Positions 13,681 to 26,985 of a DNA stretch of 64,000 nt are shown piece by piece. The notes under the pieces are model-generated. The model searched no databases, had not been told where the DNA came from, and was given only the letters and a program-made list of their open reading frames with translations. This DNA comes from Felis catus (Eukaryota). The stretch covers positions 25,608,001 to 25,672,000 of the forward strand of contig NC_058369.1 of the NCBI RefSeq assembly GCF_018350175.1, in the 5' to 3' direction. Every line of letters begins with the position of its first letter. Position 1 is the stretch's first letter. The translations under genes were made by a program, and so were the position numbers.

Positions 13681-14515
13681 CTAAAACACATACATGTATT
13701 AGTATTTCTTGAAAACTCTCACAAGTCCTACTCAAACTTTCTAACTTTTCTTATTGGATAATATAGCTTATTGAGCATTAAAGTGAGTATGAGAAAAAAA
13801 ATCCTTTATTTGAAAAAAAATCAAGTTGTTGGTACTATTTAGGTGTTACTTTAGGGGTGAATTCAGATACAGTAAAGCTTTAAGTTTCAGCTTTTTGCAT
13901 TCTATCTACTCAAAGGCCACTTAAGAGAATTTATTCCAGGGGTTCCTGGGTGGCCTGGTCAGTTGAGCATCGGACTCTTGATTTTGGCTGAGGTCATGTC
14001 CTCATGGTTCCTGAGATCGAGCTATGCATCGGTCTCTGTGCTGACAGCATGGAGTTGCTTGGGATTCTCCCTCTCTCTCTCTCTCTCTGCCCCTCCCCTG
14101 CTTGCGCTCTCTCTCTCTCTCTCTCTCTTTCTCTCACAAAATAAATAAACATTAAAAAAAACTTATGCCAATAAAAATTTCCAATATTAAATCCCTAATA
14201 AATTTCTCTAAATACACTAATATTTTTTTTTTTACAATCCAGTAAACAGTGTAACTACAACCATAAAGACAAAGAGAAAAATGAAAAAGCCCTTAGCTAA
14301 TAAGCACAGGAAAAAAAAAATTATACAAAGTTCCCTTAAATTACAAAGATTTTGACTAGATTATAAGCTCAAAATAAAAGCTTTAAATAAAAATAGTATG
14401 TAAGAAATACATACAGCTAAATATATAAATTATTCATTATTCATATTTCTACTTTTGATTGAAGGGGTGGGAAACAAAAGTAAAAGACGCTTGGCATTTG
14501 TGAAATGCTACTTAC

Positions 14516-14705
14516 CCAGATATCTCTTCATGCTTTTTTCAAAGTCACTTGACACCTCATTTATGAGACTTTCAACAAGTTTTTCTCTTTCTTTCCCTTC
14601 CTTTAAAGACTCAGGTATCAGCATTAACATGTGATCCAGCCATTCCTGCTGAATAGGCACCATAGGACTACTTTCTACACATTGCTTCATATAAATATAG
14701 TTGAA
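14516..14705 (-). CDS. DNAH12: DNAH12 exon (FNYIYMKQCVESSPMVPIQQEWLDHML...MKRYL)
   Basis: Overlaps ORF 14508..14690. ctcag acceptor, G|gtaag donor, 190 nt. Confidence 0.95.
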
Positions 14706-15710
14706 CTGAGAATGTAATAAGAAAAAACTAAATGTTCTAAATGGTATATCAGTGTAACTCCGGTGCTCTGTCTTTTCAAGACAACATTTTTTTGGAATAG
14801 AAGTATTCTGAAAAATAACATGTTTTCAGAATAAAAACACTCAGAAGTATGAGCTGCAAAGAAACCATTTTTTCAAGTACTCAGTATACATTTAATAAAT
14901 GAATAAGAATTGGAAATTGGGAGTAAGGCCTGGGCTAGGGAAGCTGGGCATGCCCACGTTATCCATTCAAACATCGAAATATTTGGCATTAATCCATTAA
15001 ACAGTCAAAAATTAGTAAATATGCACCCAGCACAAAGGTACAAAATCACAATTGATAAAATAGCCAAAAATGACAGGAAATAGTAGCAATAAATTATGCG
15101 TAGGTATTATTAAATATTTTAGAATATTAATCAAGTTGATTAATTTAAAGTATTATCAGGGTGTTTCCCCACCCACCCCAAATCTGCATTTTACACTTGA
15201 GAAAACTAATCTTGTCATTAACTCTTCACTCAAACCAGGGTTGGAGTTTAAGGTTTTCTGTACTAAAATACATATAAATGTTGGGGTTCCTGGGTGGCTC
15301 AGTTGGTTAAGCATCCTACTTCAGCTCAGGGCATGATCCCATAGTTCGTGAGTTCGAGCCCTGCATCGGGCTCTGTGATGATAGCTCAGAGCCTGGTGCC
15401 TGCTACAGATTCTGCGTCTCCCTCTCTTTCTCTCTCTGCCCCTCCTCTGCTCATGCTCTCTCTCTCTCTGTATGTCAAAAATGAATAAATGTTAAAAAAA
15501 ATACATATAAATGCAGATTCATCAGAATCTTAAATATACAATAGAAATCAATTAGGTTATCTTTAAGAGTGTCCTATGAATTTAATATGCCAAATTTGTT
15601 GGGACTCTCTGAATAGGAATACAGTATTGTGGGTTTTTTTTTATTTTTTTAACGTTTATTTATTTTTGAGAGAGACAGACAGACAGACAGAGTGTGAAGG
15701 GGGGAGAGGC

Positions 15711-15741
<31 letters not shown>

Positions 15742-16099
15742 ATCCAAAGCAGCCTCCAGCTGACGCTCAGAGCCCAATGCGGGGCTTGAAACTGTGAGCC
15801 CTGAAATCATGACCTGAGCCAAAGTGGGATGCTCAACTGACTGAGCCACCCAGGCACCCAAGGAATACAGTATTGTAAAACAAAAAATAGGGGCGCCTGG
15901 GTGGCTCAGTCAGTTAAGCATTCAACTCTTGATTTCAGCTCAGGCCATGATCTCGTGGTTCATGAGATAGAGCCCAGAATTGGGCTCTGCACTGACAGCT
16001 TGGTGCCTGCTTGGGATTCTCTCTCTCCCTTTCTCTCTCTGCCCCTCCCCTGCTTGTACTCCCTCTCTTTCTCTCAAAATAAATAAATAAACATTTAAA

Positions 16100-16660
16100 A
16101 AACAAGGTTTTCACTGAATAATAGTTTTTAATTTTGATGAAATACAATTTATTGGGGTTTTTTTCTTTTATGGGTTATGCTTTTTGTGTCAGTCTGAAGA
16201 CTCTGCTTAGCTCCAGGTTTGCTTCTAAATTTAAATAATCTCTACACCCAATGTGGGGCTTAAACTCACAACCCTGAGATCAAGAGTTGCATGACAGCAG
16301 CAAGCCCGATGTGGGGCTTGAACTCACGAACCAAACCATGAGATCATGACCTGAGCCAAAGTCTGACGCTTAACCAACTGAGCCACAAAGGTGCCCCTAA
16401 AAGTGTTTAGTTTTATATTTTACATTTAAATCTATGATCTAATTTTAGTAATTTTTGTACAAGGTGTGACATTTAGGCTGAGGTTTGAGGGTTTTTTTTG
16501 TTGTTGTTTATTTGTTTTATTTTTTTATGGATGTCCAATTGCTCCACCCCATTTGTTGAAAACACTATCCTTCTTCTGTTGAATTAATTTTTGCACTTTG
16601 TCAAAAATTAGCTGGCTGTACTCATATAGGTCTACTTCCAGGCCATTTATTCCATGGATC
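16100..16660 (-). mobile_element. Old L1 ORF2 fragment interrupted by SINEs
   Basis: Antisense L1 signature tttttgtacaaggtgtga...ccatttgttgaaaacact. Confidence 0.65.
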
Positions 16661-17084
16661 CATGTGTCCAATTATTTAAAAGTAAAAGCATTTTTGAAAA
16701 GTCAGTGAGAAATCTAGTGAAAGCAGTATTGAAAAAAATGTCCCTTGGATTTGGCAATTCATGGTCACTGGTGACATTAATGATGAAGAGGTGGAGTTCC
16801 TACATGTCAGATGACCAAGAGCAGTGGGTTCAGGAATGAAAGACTGTGTCATGCCCAGCTGCCTGTTTTAGATTGTAAGACACTAGAAGGCAAGAACTCT
16901 GGACAAAGAGTGAGGATGCTAAGTGCATACACACAGGTACATTCTGCAATTCACCCAACCTCATGTTAAATATTTATGAATGCTTTGTATCAGTTCTTGT
17001 ATCTATTAAAGAGGCAAAGAGGCAAATACAGAGCCAAAGTCTCCAGAAAATTTGGGAGGGAGAAAGTGAAGGAAGAAGACCATA

Positions 17085-17085
17085 G

Positions 17086-17160
<75 letters not shown>

Positions 17161-17173
17161 AAAGGAAATTTAG

Positions 17174-17205
<32 letters not shown>

Positions 17206-17230
17206 AAAAGAAAAGAAAAGAAAAGAAAAA
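17085..17230. repeat. (GAAA)n plus (GAAAA)n compound polypurine microsatellite
   Basis: Direct inspection. Confidence 0.95.
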
Positions 17231-17873
17231 ACTTAGAGTAGATAAAATTAGGTTCTCCCAAAGATCCTCAATACAGGGAGGTATCCTGAGCCTTTCATCC
17301 CCAACAGGAACTTGAAGAGACTTGGAAAGCCTGTACTCCCATCTGGGAACATGCTGCACGAATTTCTCTTTTGTGTAGACAGCTGCATAAGTTTCCATAT
17401 CCTTTGCTGTTAAATACATTTTACATATTATCATCTTCCACCAATTATACCACAGGCCCATGTTGTCACCCAGGCAGTCAGTGCCATTTTTTAAAATCCA
17501 GCACCTACCATGTGTCTAGCACCCTCTGGATTCTCAATAGGTAATCATCATTATATCAATATCAGAACAATGAAAAGGGAAATGCATTTCCTTTATAACC
17601 ACAATTTTTCAATTTTTTCCCACTTTTTGAAATAGGAACTAAAACATTTACAACTAATTCTCAAATAACAAATGGCAACAAAAATATAATTCTTAAATCC
17701 CATATTTGTCATCCATGACATGTTTGTTCCTTTACAGAAAATTAAAATCTCAGTTTCTAAATATTTTTTCTCTTCTAGAATGGGTCTTATTAGCAGGTGG
17801 TCTTAGAAGGAGCTACTTTGTAATAATTTATTTGAACATTTTCAAAAAGAGAAATATAAAAAATTGAACTCAC

Positions 17874-17900
17874 TCCTTTCTTTTTAATTCCACTGGTCAT
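17874..17900 (-). CDS. DNAH12: DNAH12 27-nt microexon (MTSGIKKKG)
   Basis: tttgcttttgacag acceptor, gtgagt donor, matches DNAH12 MTSEMKKKG, phase 0-0. Confidence 0.88.
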
Positions 17901-18072
17901 CTGTCAAAAGCAAACAAATAAGACATAATTAAATCAAGGAGAAAAAATTCTAAGTGATTTAAATGTACGTATTATTCTCTTAAAAATACTAGTTATGTTG
18001 AGATTGACTTAAAGTAAATAAGAATTAAAATTGTATAAGGACAAACTTTTTAAAGAGAAAACATAAACTTAC

Positions 18073-18154
18073 AGTTAGAGGATAATCTGGCTCTGGTGTT
18101 GGCAGTGTTCTTTTATCCAGTGTTCTGTCTAAACTTCTTTTGGCTCCATCAATT
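18073..18154 (-). CDS. DNAH12: DNAH12 coding exon 2 (IDGAKRSLDRTLDKRTLPTPEPDYPLT)
   Basis: tttcag acceptor, gtaagt donor, 82 nt, phase-consistent with neighbours, homologous to DNAH12 IDGAKRNLDRTL. Confidence 0.92.
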
Positions 18155-18169
18155 CTGAAATTTATAGTT

Positions 18170-19776
18170 AAAAAATGTCTGACTCCAACATGATACCCTA
18201 CATGGAAAACCCAAAAGACTTCCCCAAAAGGCTGCTAGAACTGATACATGAATTAAGCAAAGGTGCAGTGTACAAAATCAATGTACAGAAATCGGTTGCA
18301 TTTCTATACACCAATAATGAAGCAACAGAAAGAGAAATCAAGAAATTAATCCCATTTACAATTGCACCAAGAACCATAAAATATGCAGGAATAAACCTAA
18401 CCAAAGATAGAAAAGATCTGTATGCTGAAAACTATAGAAAACTTATGAAGGAAATTGAAGAAGACACAAAGAAATGGAAAAACATTCCATGCTCATGGAT
18501 TGGAAGAATAAATACTGTTAAAATGTCAATACTACCCAAAGCTATCTACACCTCCAATGCAATCCCAATCAAAATTGCACCGACATTGTCCTCAAAGCTA
18601 GAACAAACAATCCTAAAATTTGTATGGAACCACGAAAGACCCCAAATAGCCAAAGTAATATTGAAAAAGAAAACCATAGCGGGAGGCATCACAATCCCAG
18701 ACTTTGGCCTCTACTACAAAGCTGTAATCATCAAGACAGTATGGTATTGGCACAAAAACAGACACATAGACCAATGGAATAGAGTAGAGAACCCAGAAGT
18801 GGACCCACAAAAGTATGGCCAACTAATCTTTGACAAAGCAGAAAAGACTATCCAATGGAAAAAAGACTGTTTCTTTAGCAAATGGTGTTGGGAGAACTGG
18901 ACAGCAACATGCAGAAGGATGACACTAGACCACTTTCTTACACCATACACAAAAATAAACTCAAAATGGATGAAATACCTAAATGTGAGACAGGAAACCA
19001 TCATAACCCTAGAGGAGAAAGCAGGCAACAACCTCTTTGACCTCAGCCACAGCAACTTCTTGCTCAACACATCTATAAAGGCAAGGGAATTAAAAGCAAA
19101 AACGAACTATTGGGACCTCATCAAGATAACAACTTCTGCAATGCAAAGGAAACGATCAACAACAAAACTAAAAGGCAACTGATGCAATGGGAAAAGATAT
19201 TTACAAATGACATATCGGATAAAGGCTTAGTATCCAAAATCTATAGAGAACTTACCAAACTCAACACCTGAAAAACAAATAATCCAGTAAAGAAATGGGC
19301 AAAAGACATGAATAGACACTTTTCCAAAGAAGACATCCAGATGTCCAACAGACACATGAAAAGATGCTCAACATCACTCATCATCAGGGAAATACAAATC
19401 AAAACCGCACTGAGATACCACCTCACACCAGTCAGAGTAGCTAAAATTAACAACTCAGGAAACAACAGATGCTGGTGAGGATGTGGAGAAATGGGAACCC
19501 TCTTGCACCGTTGGTGGGAATGCAAACTGGTGTAGCTGCTCTGGAAAACAGTGTGGAGGTTCCTCAAAAAATTAAAAATAGAACTACCCTACGACCCAGC
19601 AATAATAACACTACTAGGAATTTATCCAGAGGATACAGAAGTGCTGATTCATAGGGGCACATGTACCCCAATGTTTACAGCAGCGCTTTCAACAATAGCC
19701 AAATTATGGAAAGAGCCTAAATGTCCATCAACTGATGAATGGATAAAGAAGATGTGGTTTATATATATATATATAC

Positions 19777-19820
<44 letters not shown>

Positions 19821-20378
19821 GTATATATATATATATATATACAATGGAATACTACTTGGCAACAAGAAAGAATGAAATCATGCCAATTGCATCAATGTGG
19901 ATGGAACTGGAAGGTATTATTCTAAATGAAATAAGTCAGTCAGAGGAAGACAGATATCATATGTTTTCATTCATATGTGGATCTTGAAAAACTTAACAGA
20001 AGACCATGGGGGGAAGGGAAGGGAAAAAATAGTTACAAACAGAGAGAGAGGGAAACAAACCCTAAGAAACTCTTAAATACAGAGAACAAACTGAGGGTTG
20101 ATGGGGGTGTGGGGGAGAGGAGACAATGAGTGATGGGCATCAAGGAGGGTACTTGTTGGGATGAGCACTGGGTGTTGTATGTAACACGGGAATCTACCCC
20201 AAAAACCAAGAGCACACTGTACATACTGTATGTTAGCCAACTTGACAATAAATTATATTAAAAAAATAAATGCAATTGCTTATATAGAACCCTTCAATAA
20301 ATTCATGGCATCTGTTGGTGCTATTACTAAAAAAAATAATAATAATAAAATCATTAGCTATTAAAAAAATGTCTGACT
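18170..20378 (+). mobile_element. 5'-truncated carnivore LINE-1 (ORF2 C-terminal part, 3' UTR, extra 3' tail) with TSD AAAAAATGTCTGACTC
   Basis: ORFs 18175..19182 and 19551..19925 are L1 ORF2-like (frameshift near 19130, in-frame stops later). TSD at about 18170-18185 and 20364-20378. Confidence 0.95.
19760..19842. repeat. (AT)n interrupted microsatellite within L1
   Basis: Direct inspection. Confidence 0.95.
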
Positions 20379-20571
20379 CTCTTGAAGATAACATTAGAAT
20401 ATATTAAAACATTACAGTTTAAGAGTGTCTGGCTGGCTCAGTCGGTAGAGCATGTCACTCATGACCTTGGGGCCATTATTTGAACTGCAAGGGGGGGTAG
20501 AGTTTACTTCAATAATAATGATAATAATAATAAGCATTACAATTTGAACATCTTTTCAATTATACTTAAAG

Positions 20572-20774
20572 AAGAGATATTCAATGGGGGGCGGGGGAGA
20601 GGGGAAAATGGTTGATGGGCATTGAGGAGGGCACTTGTTGGGATGAGCACTGGGTGTTATATGTAAGCGATGAGTCACGGGAATCTACCTCTGAAACCAA
20701 GAGCACGCTGTATACACTGTATGTTAGCTAACTTGACAATAAATTATATTTTTAAAAAAACAAGAGATATTCAA
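20572..20774 (+). mobile_element. Short L1 3' end with TSD AAGAGATATTCAA
   Basis: TSD at 20572-20584 and 20762-20774. Same family as the 18.2-20.3 kb L1 3' UTR. Confidence 0.88.
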
Positions 20775-20793
20775 GAGTTCTTTATCTTACTGA

Positions 20794-20844
<51 letters not shown>

Positions 20845-21713
20845 TTTGAGAGAGAGAGCATGGGGGAGGGGAAGAGGGAGAGGGAGAGAGAAAATCTCAA
20901 GCAGGCTCCACACCCAGGGAGAGACAATCCCACAACCTTGGTATCATAACCTGAGCTAAAATCAAGAGTCAGTTGCTCAATCTACTGAGTCACCCAGGTG
21001 CCTCTGAATTTTCTATAAGAAACAAATCCTTAGTTTTCAAATTATTCATGTATACTGTAAAAGAATGAGACTAAAAGTAAAAATGAAATTTTTTTTCAAT
21101 AAAAACTTATGGACAAATTTTAAGTTAATCCTCATGTCTAGTGGGCCGTCATGTGTATTGTGCCTATTCAAATGCCACTCTGTCAGAGAAGCCTTATCTT
21201 ACCCCTTATATTAGGTAGCACTTCCTTCACTATCGAATCCTTTCATCCTCACCTTGCTTCATAGAACTTACCACTATTTGACATATTACATGCTGTAGAT
21301 TGTTTTACTCATTGCCTTGTCTCTAAATGTCCAGAATAGTATTTGGCACACAGTAAGTACTCAATAAACAATTTGAATGTTGGAATTTATCATCTATAAA
21401 ATATAATTTCCTCTTCAAATAAAGTTATATCATCATCTAATCCATCTGTCACCAAATATTTATTCAATGCTTATATTATGCAAGACACTCTACTAGGTTT
21501 TATTAAAGTATAACACCAATAGGAGCACCTGACTGGTGAGCTAGTGGTCAGATGCTGGTTGAGCATCTGACTCTTGGTTTCGGCTCAGGTCATGATTTCC
21601 CAGTTCGTAAATTGAATTCAAACCCCATGACTGGCTCTATGCTGACAGCACGGAGCCTGCTTGGGATTTTCTCTCTCCCTCTCTCTCTGCCCCTCTCCTG
21701 CTCAAGTGCCCTT

Positions 21714-21764
<51 letters not shown>

Positions 21765-24700
21765 ATAAAGACATCTTTTAAAAATATATATAACAACAAA
21801 TCTCAAGGAATTTATAAACTGAAATGGTGAGGAGATAAAAACAGGTACCACATGAAAGGCATGGGACTCTGATGGTTCAGAGGAGGGGACAAGTTCACTT
21901 CTACCTGGAGGTATCTGTAAAGGCTACATGAACAAGTTGGCATTTACAATGAGCTTTAAATAAAAGAAAGGATTTCAGGTAGAGATGTAGTTTTCCTGGG
22001 TAGATGGATCTGAAACACAAGACTCTCCTGAGAAACAGGAAGGCAAGGGAATGATCAAAGGAAAAAACAGGGAGTAGTGGGAAGTTGTCTAATATGCTCA
22101 GAGTTCATGGGATCAGATGAAGATAAGTTTGGAGAAATGGACTGGAATATCCAAATAAGGGCCTCAAATAGCAGGTTTTTTAATTCAATAGGCAATGGGA
22201 ATTGCTGAGAGTTTTTGAGCATGGAAACATTTTTAGGAAGATAAATCTACTAGTTGGTAAAGGTGAATACACTGGAGAAGATGGCCAAAACAGAGAATAC
22301 AAGGAAAAGAAAAGAGACCTGAGAAAGAAGATTGGAGGATGCCAAGCATGACAGGAATGAGAAAAAAATCACAATTGAAGGAGGCAAAGATGTGGTCAGA
22401 GGGGCAGGTGGAGAACCAGAATGAATTTCAAGGACAAGATGGCCACCAGAACCATAAACATAGATTGGTAAGCTCCAGAGAGACAAGGACCATGTCTGTT
22501 TTGTTCATTGCTCTATGCACAACACTTGGATAACGTCCATCAAAGTCAATAAATATCTGTGGAATGATGAGAATAGTGGATTTGGAAAAAACCTTGTATA
22601 TCTAATTCAGTACCTTATTTGATACATGAATACTCTCAAAAACATCAAGTTGTACCCTGAGATGAGTGAGGGAGATGGCTTTCATCACTTTCTGAGGTAG
22701 CCCAATTTATTGTCAGCTAGTTTATCTTTAAATTGAGTTGTATCCTTGTAACTTTTATTCTCCAGAGCTATACACAAAGAATCATATTTTTTTTCTGTTG
22801 CCCTTCAAAACTTGATGGTACTCGTCCAGTTCTTTCAACTATTACTACCAATAAAAGTTACCACTTACTGTGAGCTTATTATGTTCTAGGCATTAGCTTA
22901 AGATCTGTAAGTACATGGATCTCCTTTAACTCTCATTAAATTCTAAGAGAAAAGCACTATTCTTATCTCCATCTTACAGATAGGAAGATGATGATAAGTA
23001 GTTATTTAACTTGCCAAATTCATGCATGGCTAATAAGCTGCAGAGACAGGGTATGAACCCAAGCCTGTGTGATGCCAGTCTATACTCCATTAAGCAAATC
23101 AGCCTCCTTTAAAGATGGGATAGTTTCAAAATTCCTCTCTCTTCTATGGTTGTTATGGTTTATCAACATCCCTCTTAAAGCGTGACCCCAGAACTACAGA
23201 TGTTGTTTGATCAGTGCAGAGTGAAAAGTTTCTACCATTCTAGAATTCTACATTTATTAAAGCAGCATAAGACTGAATTTGCTTTTTTCTTTTTAAGGTA
23301 GGCTCTATGCCCAATGTGGAACTTGAACTCTTGACTGCAAGATCAAGAGTCCCATGCTCTACCGACTTACCCAGCCAGGAACCCCTGAATTGGTTTTTTT
23401 GAGTAGCTTCATCTCCATGTAGATTCAACTGAATCTGACTAAACTAAAATTCCAAAGGTGTTTTCACATGAAATAGAAAATGTGGCTAGGATAACTTCAT
23501 TCCTCTTTTCTTTATTAATCATCAGGGTGCCAGCCAGACTTCCTTTCATCCATCATTATTTCCCTGAATAGCCTAGCTCTCAGCGATCCATACTTTCAAG
23601 GAATTTGCCTTATACTTTGGTATGCTAGCTGGCACTCGCTGACTTGCACTCTAATTATCCCAGCAAATATATGCCTGACCTCCTTGAGCTCATTATATAA
23701 GAAAAGCCATCCTTTAAGATAGCAACAGTTTCCTGGGGTGTGTTTTCTCCTACTGGCTATACATACAAAGAGTTGAGAAGAATATACAAGTGAGCCTTTT
23801 CATTCCCTGCCTGTTTTTGCTTTGTATGTTGACAATCACAAACAAATAAATAAACAAAAATTGGATAATTCCAAAAGACTGTGTGAGAGATGCAGTGAAG
23901 GAGTACAGTGCAGTGAAGGAGAGAAAGGCTGGTCTAAATCAAGATGGAGATAGTGGCCAAGGAAGAAGTAACTCATTCCTGGGACTCTGGAAAGCTATAA
24001 AATGATTTTGTCTCAGCTAAGTGTTCCCAGACACTGGCCACAGGAGGGGCCCAGTTCAGCCCAAGATAACTTACATCCTGTCTCAGTCCTGGAACTCTAT
24101 CAACAGACTTCACCCCATCTTCGACCCAGGGAAATCTCATCTCTATATCCTAATAGGTAGAGGTAGAAAGAGATGAAGAAAAAAAATCCACAGTTTTCCA
24201 GGAAAAAAAAAGTGTTTCTGGTATAAAAAACTTTAATTGCAAATGAATTTTCCCTAAATAAACAATGGCAATTCTAATCTTAGTATAAATAAAGCACTAT
24301 GCTTAAGGCAATTTTGAGACACTATTTTTATTAAGCACCCAAATAAGAGAGGTACTACTTATATGTCTATACAAAGCATAGAGTTACGTTCCTCTTTTAA
24401 AAATTCATTTATTCAGGGTGCCTGGGTGGCTCAGTCTGTGGAGCAGTTGAGTGTCTGACTCTTGATTTCAGCTCAGGTCATGATCCCAGGGTGGTAGGAT
24501 CGAGCCCTGTGCATCAGGCTCTGCACTGAGTGTGGAGCCCACTTAAGATTTTCTCTCTCTCTTTCCTTCTGCCCCTCTCCCCCACTCATGCTCTCTCTCT
24601 CTCAAATAAAAATACATATATTTTATATATATTTTTTTAAAAATTCATTTATTCACTCATTCAGTTCACCAACAATAACATGCCAGACACTGTGCTTTTT

Positions 24701-24964
24701 TGTTGAGATCTCTGCCCTTTTTTGAAATTTTTATTTATTTATAATTTACATCCAAGTTAATTAGCATATAGTGCAATAATGGTTTTTTTTAATTTATTTC
24801 TTTTTAATTTACTTCCAAGAGAGATCTCTGCCCTTAGACATGTGAAAGTAGAAGAGAGGAGCGACTAAGAAACAACAATACATTGTGTACTTGAGGAAGT
24901 CATACTTCCTCAATCTATTTGCTGATTGACCCTTCTGCACTGAAGATTTAAATATAATTCCTTC

Positions 24965-25535
24965 TTTTTAATTTTTAGTTAGTTAACATACAGTGCAATA
25001 TTAGTTTCAGGCATAGAATTTAGTGATCCATTACTTACATACAACACCCAGTGCTCATCCCAACAAGTGCCCTCCTTAGTGCCCATCACCCATCTAACCC
25101 ATCCCCCCCCACCTCCCTCCATCAACCCTCAGTTTGTTCTCTGTTGTTAAGAGTCTCTTGAGATTTGTCTCCCTCACTCCTCCTTTTTTTCTCCCTTCTC
25201 ATATATGTTCATCTGTTTTGTTTCTTAAATTCCACATATGAGTGAAATCATACGGTATGTCTTTCTCTGATTGGCTTATTTCTCTTTTTTTTTTTTTTTT
25301 CAATGTTTATTTATTTTTGGGACAGAGAGAGACAGAGCATGAACGGGGGAGGGGCAGAGAGAGAGGGAGACACAGAATCGGAAACGGGCTCCAGGCTCTG
25401 AGCCATCAGCCCAGAGCCCGACGCGGGGCTCGAACTCACGGACCGCGAGATCGTGACCTGGCTGAAGTCGGACGCTCAACCGACTGCGCCACCCAGGCGC
25501 CCCATCTCTTAGCATAATACATTCTAGCTCCATCC
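24965..25535 (-). mobile_element. Carnivore L1 3' end with nested young SINE (25285-25503)
   Basis: Reverse complement of L1 3' UTR (acaacacccagtgctcatcccaacaagtgccctcc). Confidence 0.85.
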
Positions 25536-25539
25536 TAGA

Positions 25540-26270
25540 AGCTTAGTTCTGAGCCTTCTTCTCCTCTCTGTTTGCTCTCTCTAGGTGATTTGAACTATTC
25601 CCCATAGCTTTAACAATTATCTACATTCTGTTGGTTCCCAAATTTGTATCTTTAGCCTAGATCTTTACTCTTATATATCCATCTGCCTACTTAACATATT
25701 TCCCCTTAGATGTCACATAAGCTCCTCAACTTCAAAAACTACCTCCCCAATCTCCTGGACCTCTGATTCTTTACAGATATAAACACTACCATCCACCTTG
25801 TTACCAAAGTCAATCCAATAGCAAGTTCTACTGATTCTGGACCCAAACATATCCCCTGCAAATTTAGTTCTCTCCTCCTGCCCTGTTTCCAGCCTTATCA
25901 AACCACTGTAAGCTCTCATCTCTGCTACTACAAAAGCATCCCACCTGGTCTCCTTGTTTCCTACTACTCTCGCTTTCTCCCTTTCCCCACTTCAGTCTAT
26001 TCTTAATAGCCAGAGTGAATTTCATATCATGTCCCAGTTTAAAACATTTCAATGGCTTCCATTGTACTTAAAGTGGAATCTGAATTCATTATCATGGCTT
26101 ACAAAACCTTTCACAATCTGCCCCCACCTTTCTCTCCACCTTTACCTGGTATCCCTCTTCCCCAGGCCCCTGATAATCTAGTGACCCTGGCCTTTGTCAG
26201 TTCCCAGGACATGCGAAAGCATTCATATACCAGGACTTTCAATGCTTGATATCTCCTTTGCTAGAGTGCT
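25540..26270 (+). mobile_element. L2 LINE fragment
   Basis: Pyrimidine-rich L2-like text (ccatctgcctacttaacat, ttcaatggcttccattg). Further L2 and MIR remnants at about 3470-3740, 5860-6270, 21170-21380, 22860-23080 and 39600-39790. Confidence 0.6.
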
Positions 26271-26765
26271 GTTCTCATGTTTATTTAAATGAAAAACTTC
26301 CTATTCTTAAGAGCGCCTGGGTGACTCAGTCAGTTAAGCGGCTGAGTTCGGTTCAGGTCATGATCTTGCATGATTTGTGAGTTCGAGCCCCATGTCAGGC
26401 TCTGTGCTGACAGCTCAGAGCCTGGAGCCTGCTTCAGATTCTGTGTCTCCCTCTCTCTCTGCCCCTCCCCTGCTCACACTCTGAGTCTCTCTGTCTCTCA
26501 ATAATAAATAAATGTTAAAAAAAATTTTTTTAACCAAAAAACAAAAAACTTCCTATTCTTTAGATTTCTACTTAAATATCATCTCCACAGAACGTTCCTG
26601 TGATGTTCCTAGAACACCTTCCCTCTCTATCTCACAATCTCATATCTTCACAGTGCTCAACATCACTTAAAAGGTTAACATACTCTTTTTGTTTGTTTGT
26701 TTGTTTTTAAATGTTTACTATGTCTCCTCCCACTAAAATATAAGCATCTTCAAGACCCCCTTCTT

Positions 26766-26985
26766 GGGGCGCCTGGGTGGCGCAGTCGGTTGAGCGTCCG
26801 ACTTCAGCCAGGTCACGATCTCGCGGTCCGTGAGTTCGAGCCCCGCGTCGGGCTCTGGGCTGATGGCTCAGAGCCTGGAGCCTGTTTCCAATTCTGTGTC
26901 TCCCTCTCTCTCTGCCCTCCCCCGTTCATGCTCTGTCTCTCTCTGTCCCAAAAATAAATAAACGCTGAAAAAAAAAAAAAAAAAA
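26766..26985 (+). mobile_element. Young felid SINE (SINEC_Fc-like, CpG intact). Near-identical copies at 25285-25503(-), 55523-55737, 59882-60100 and 60776-61000
   Basis: Diagnostic gtggcgcagtcgg...ttcagccaggtcacgatc...ctctgggctgatggctc; TSD AAGACCCCCTTCT. Confidence 0.93.

Noticed and set aside
16974..17461. F/L/S-rich and ERKK-repeat ORFs
   Set aside because: Artefacts of the (GAAA)n microsatellite.
18175..19182. 335-aa ORF as a functional gene
   Set aside because: It is a 5'-truncated L1 ORF2 remnant. Its ATG comes from the target-site duplication, the endonuclease and most of the RT are absent, and the frame breaks near 19130.
24891..24913. 10-bp stem hairpin TTGAGGAAGT-cat-ACTTCCTCAA (and an 11-bp stem at 14804-14833)
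   Set aside because: Too short for a miRNA or structured RNA call; may be chance.
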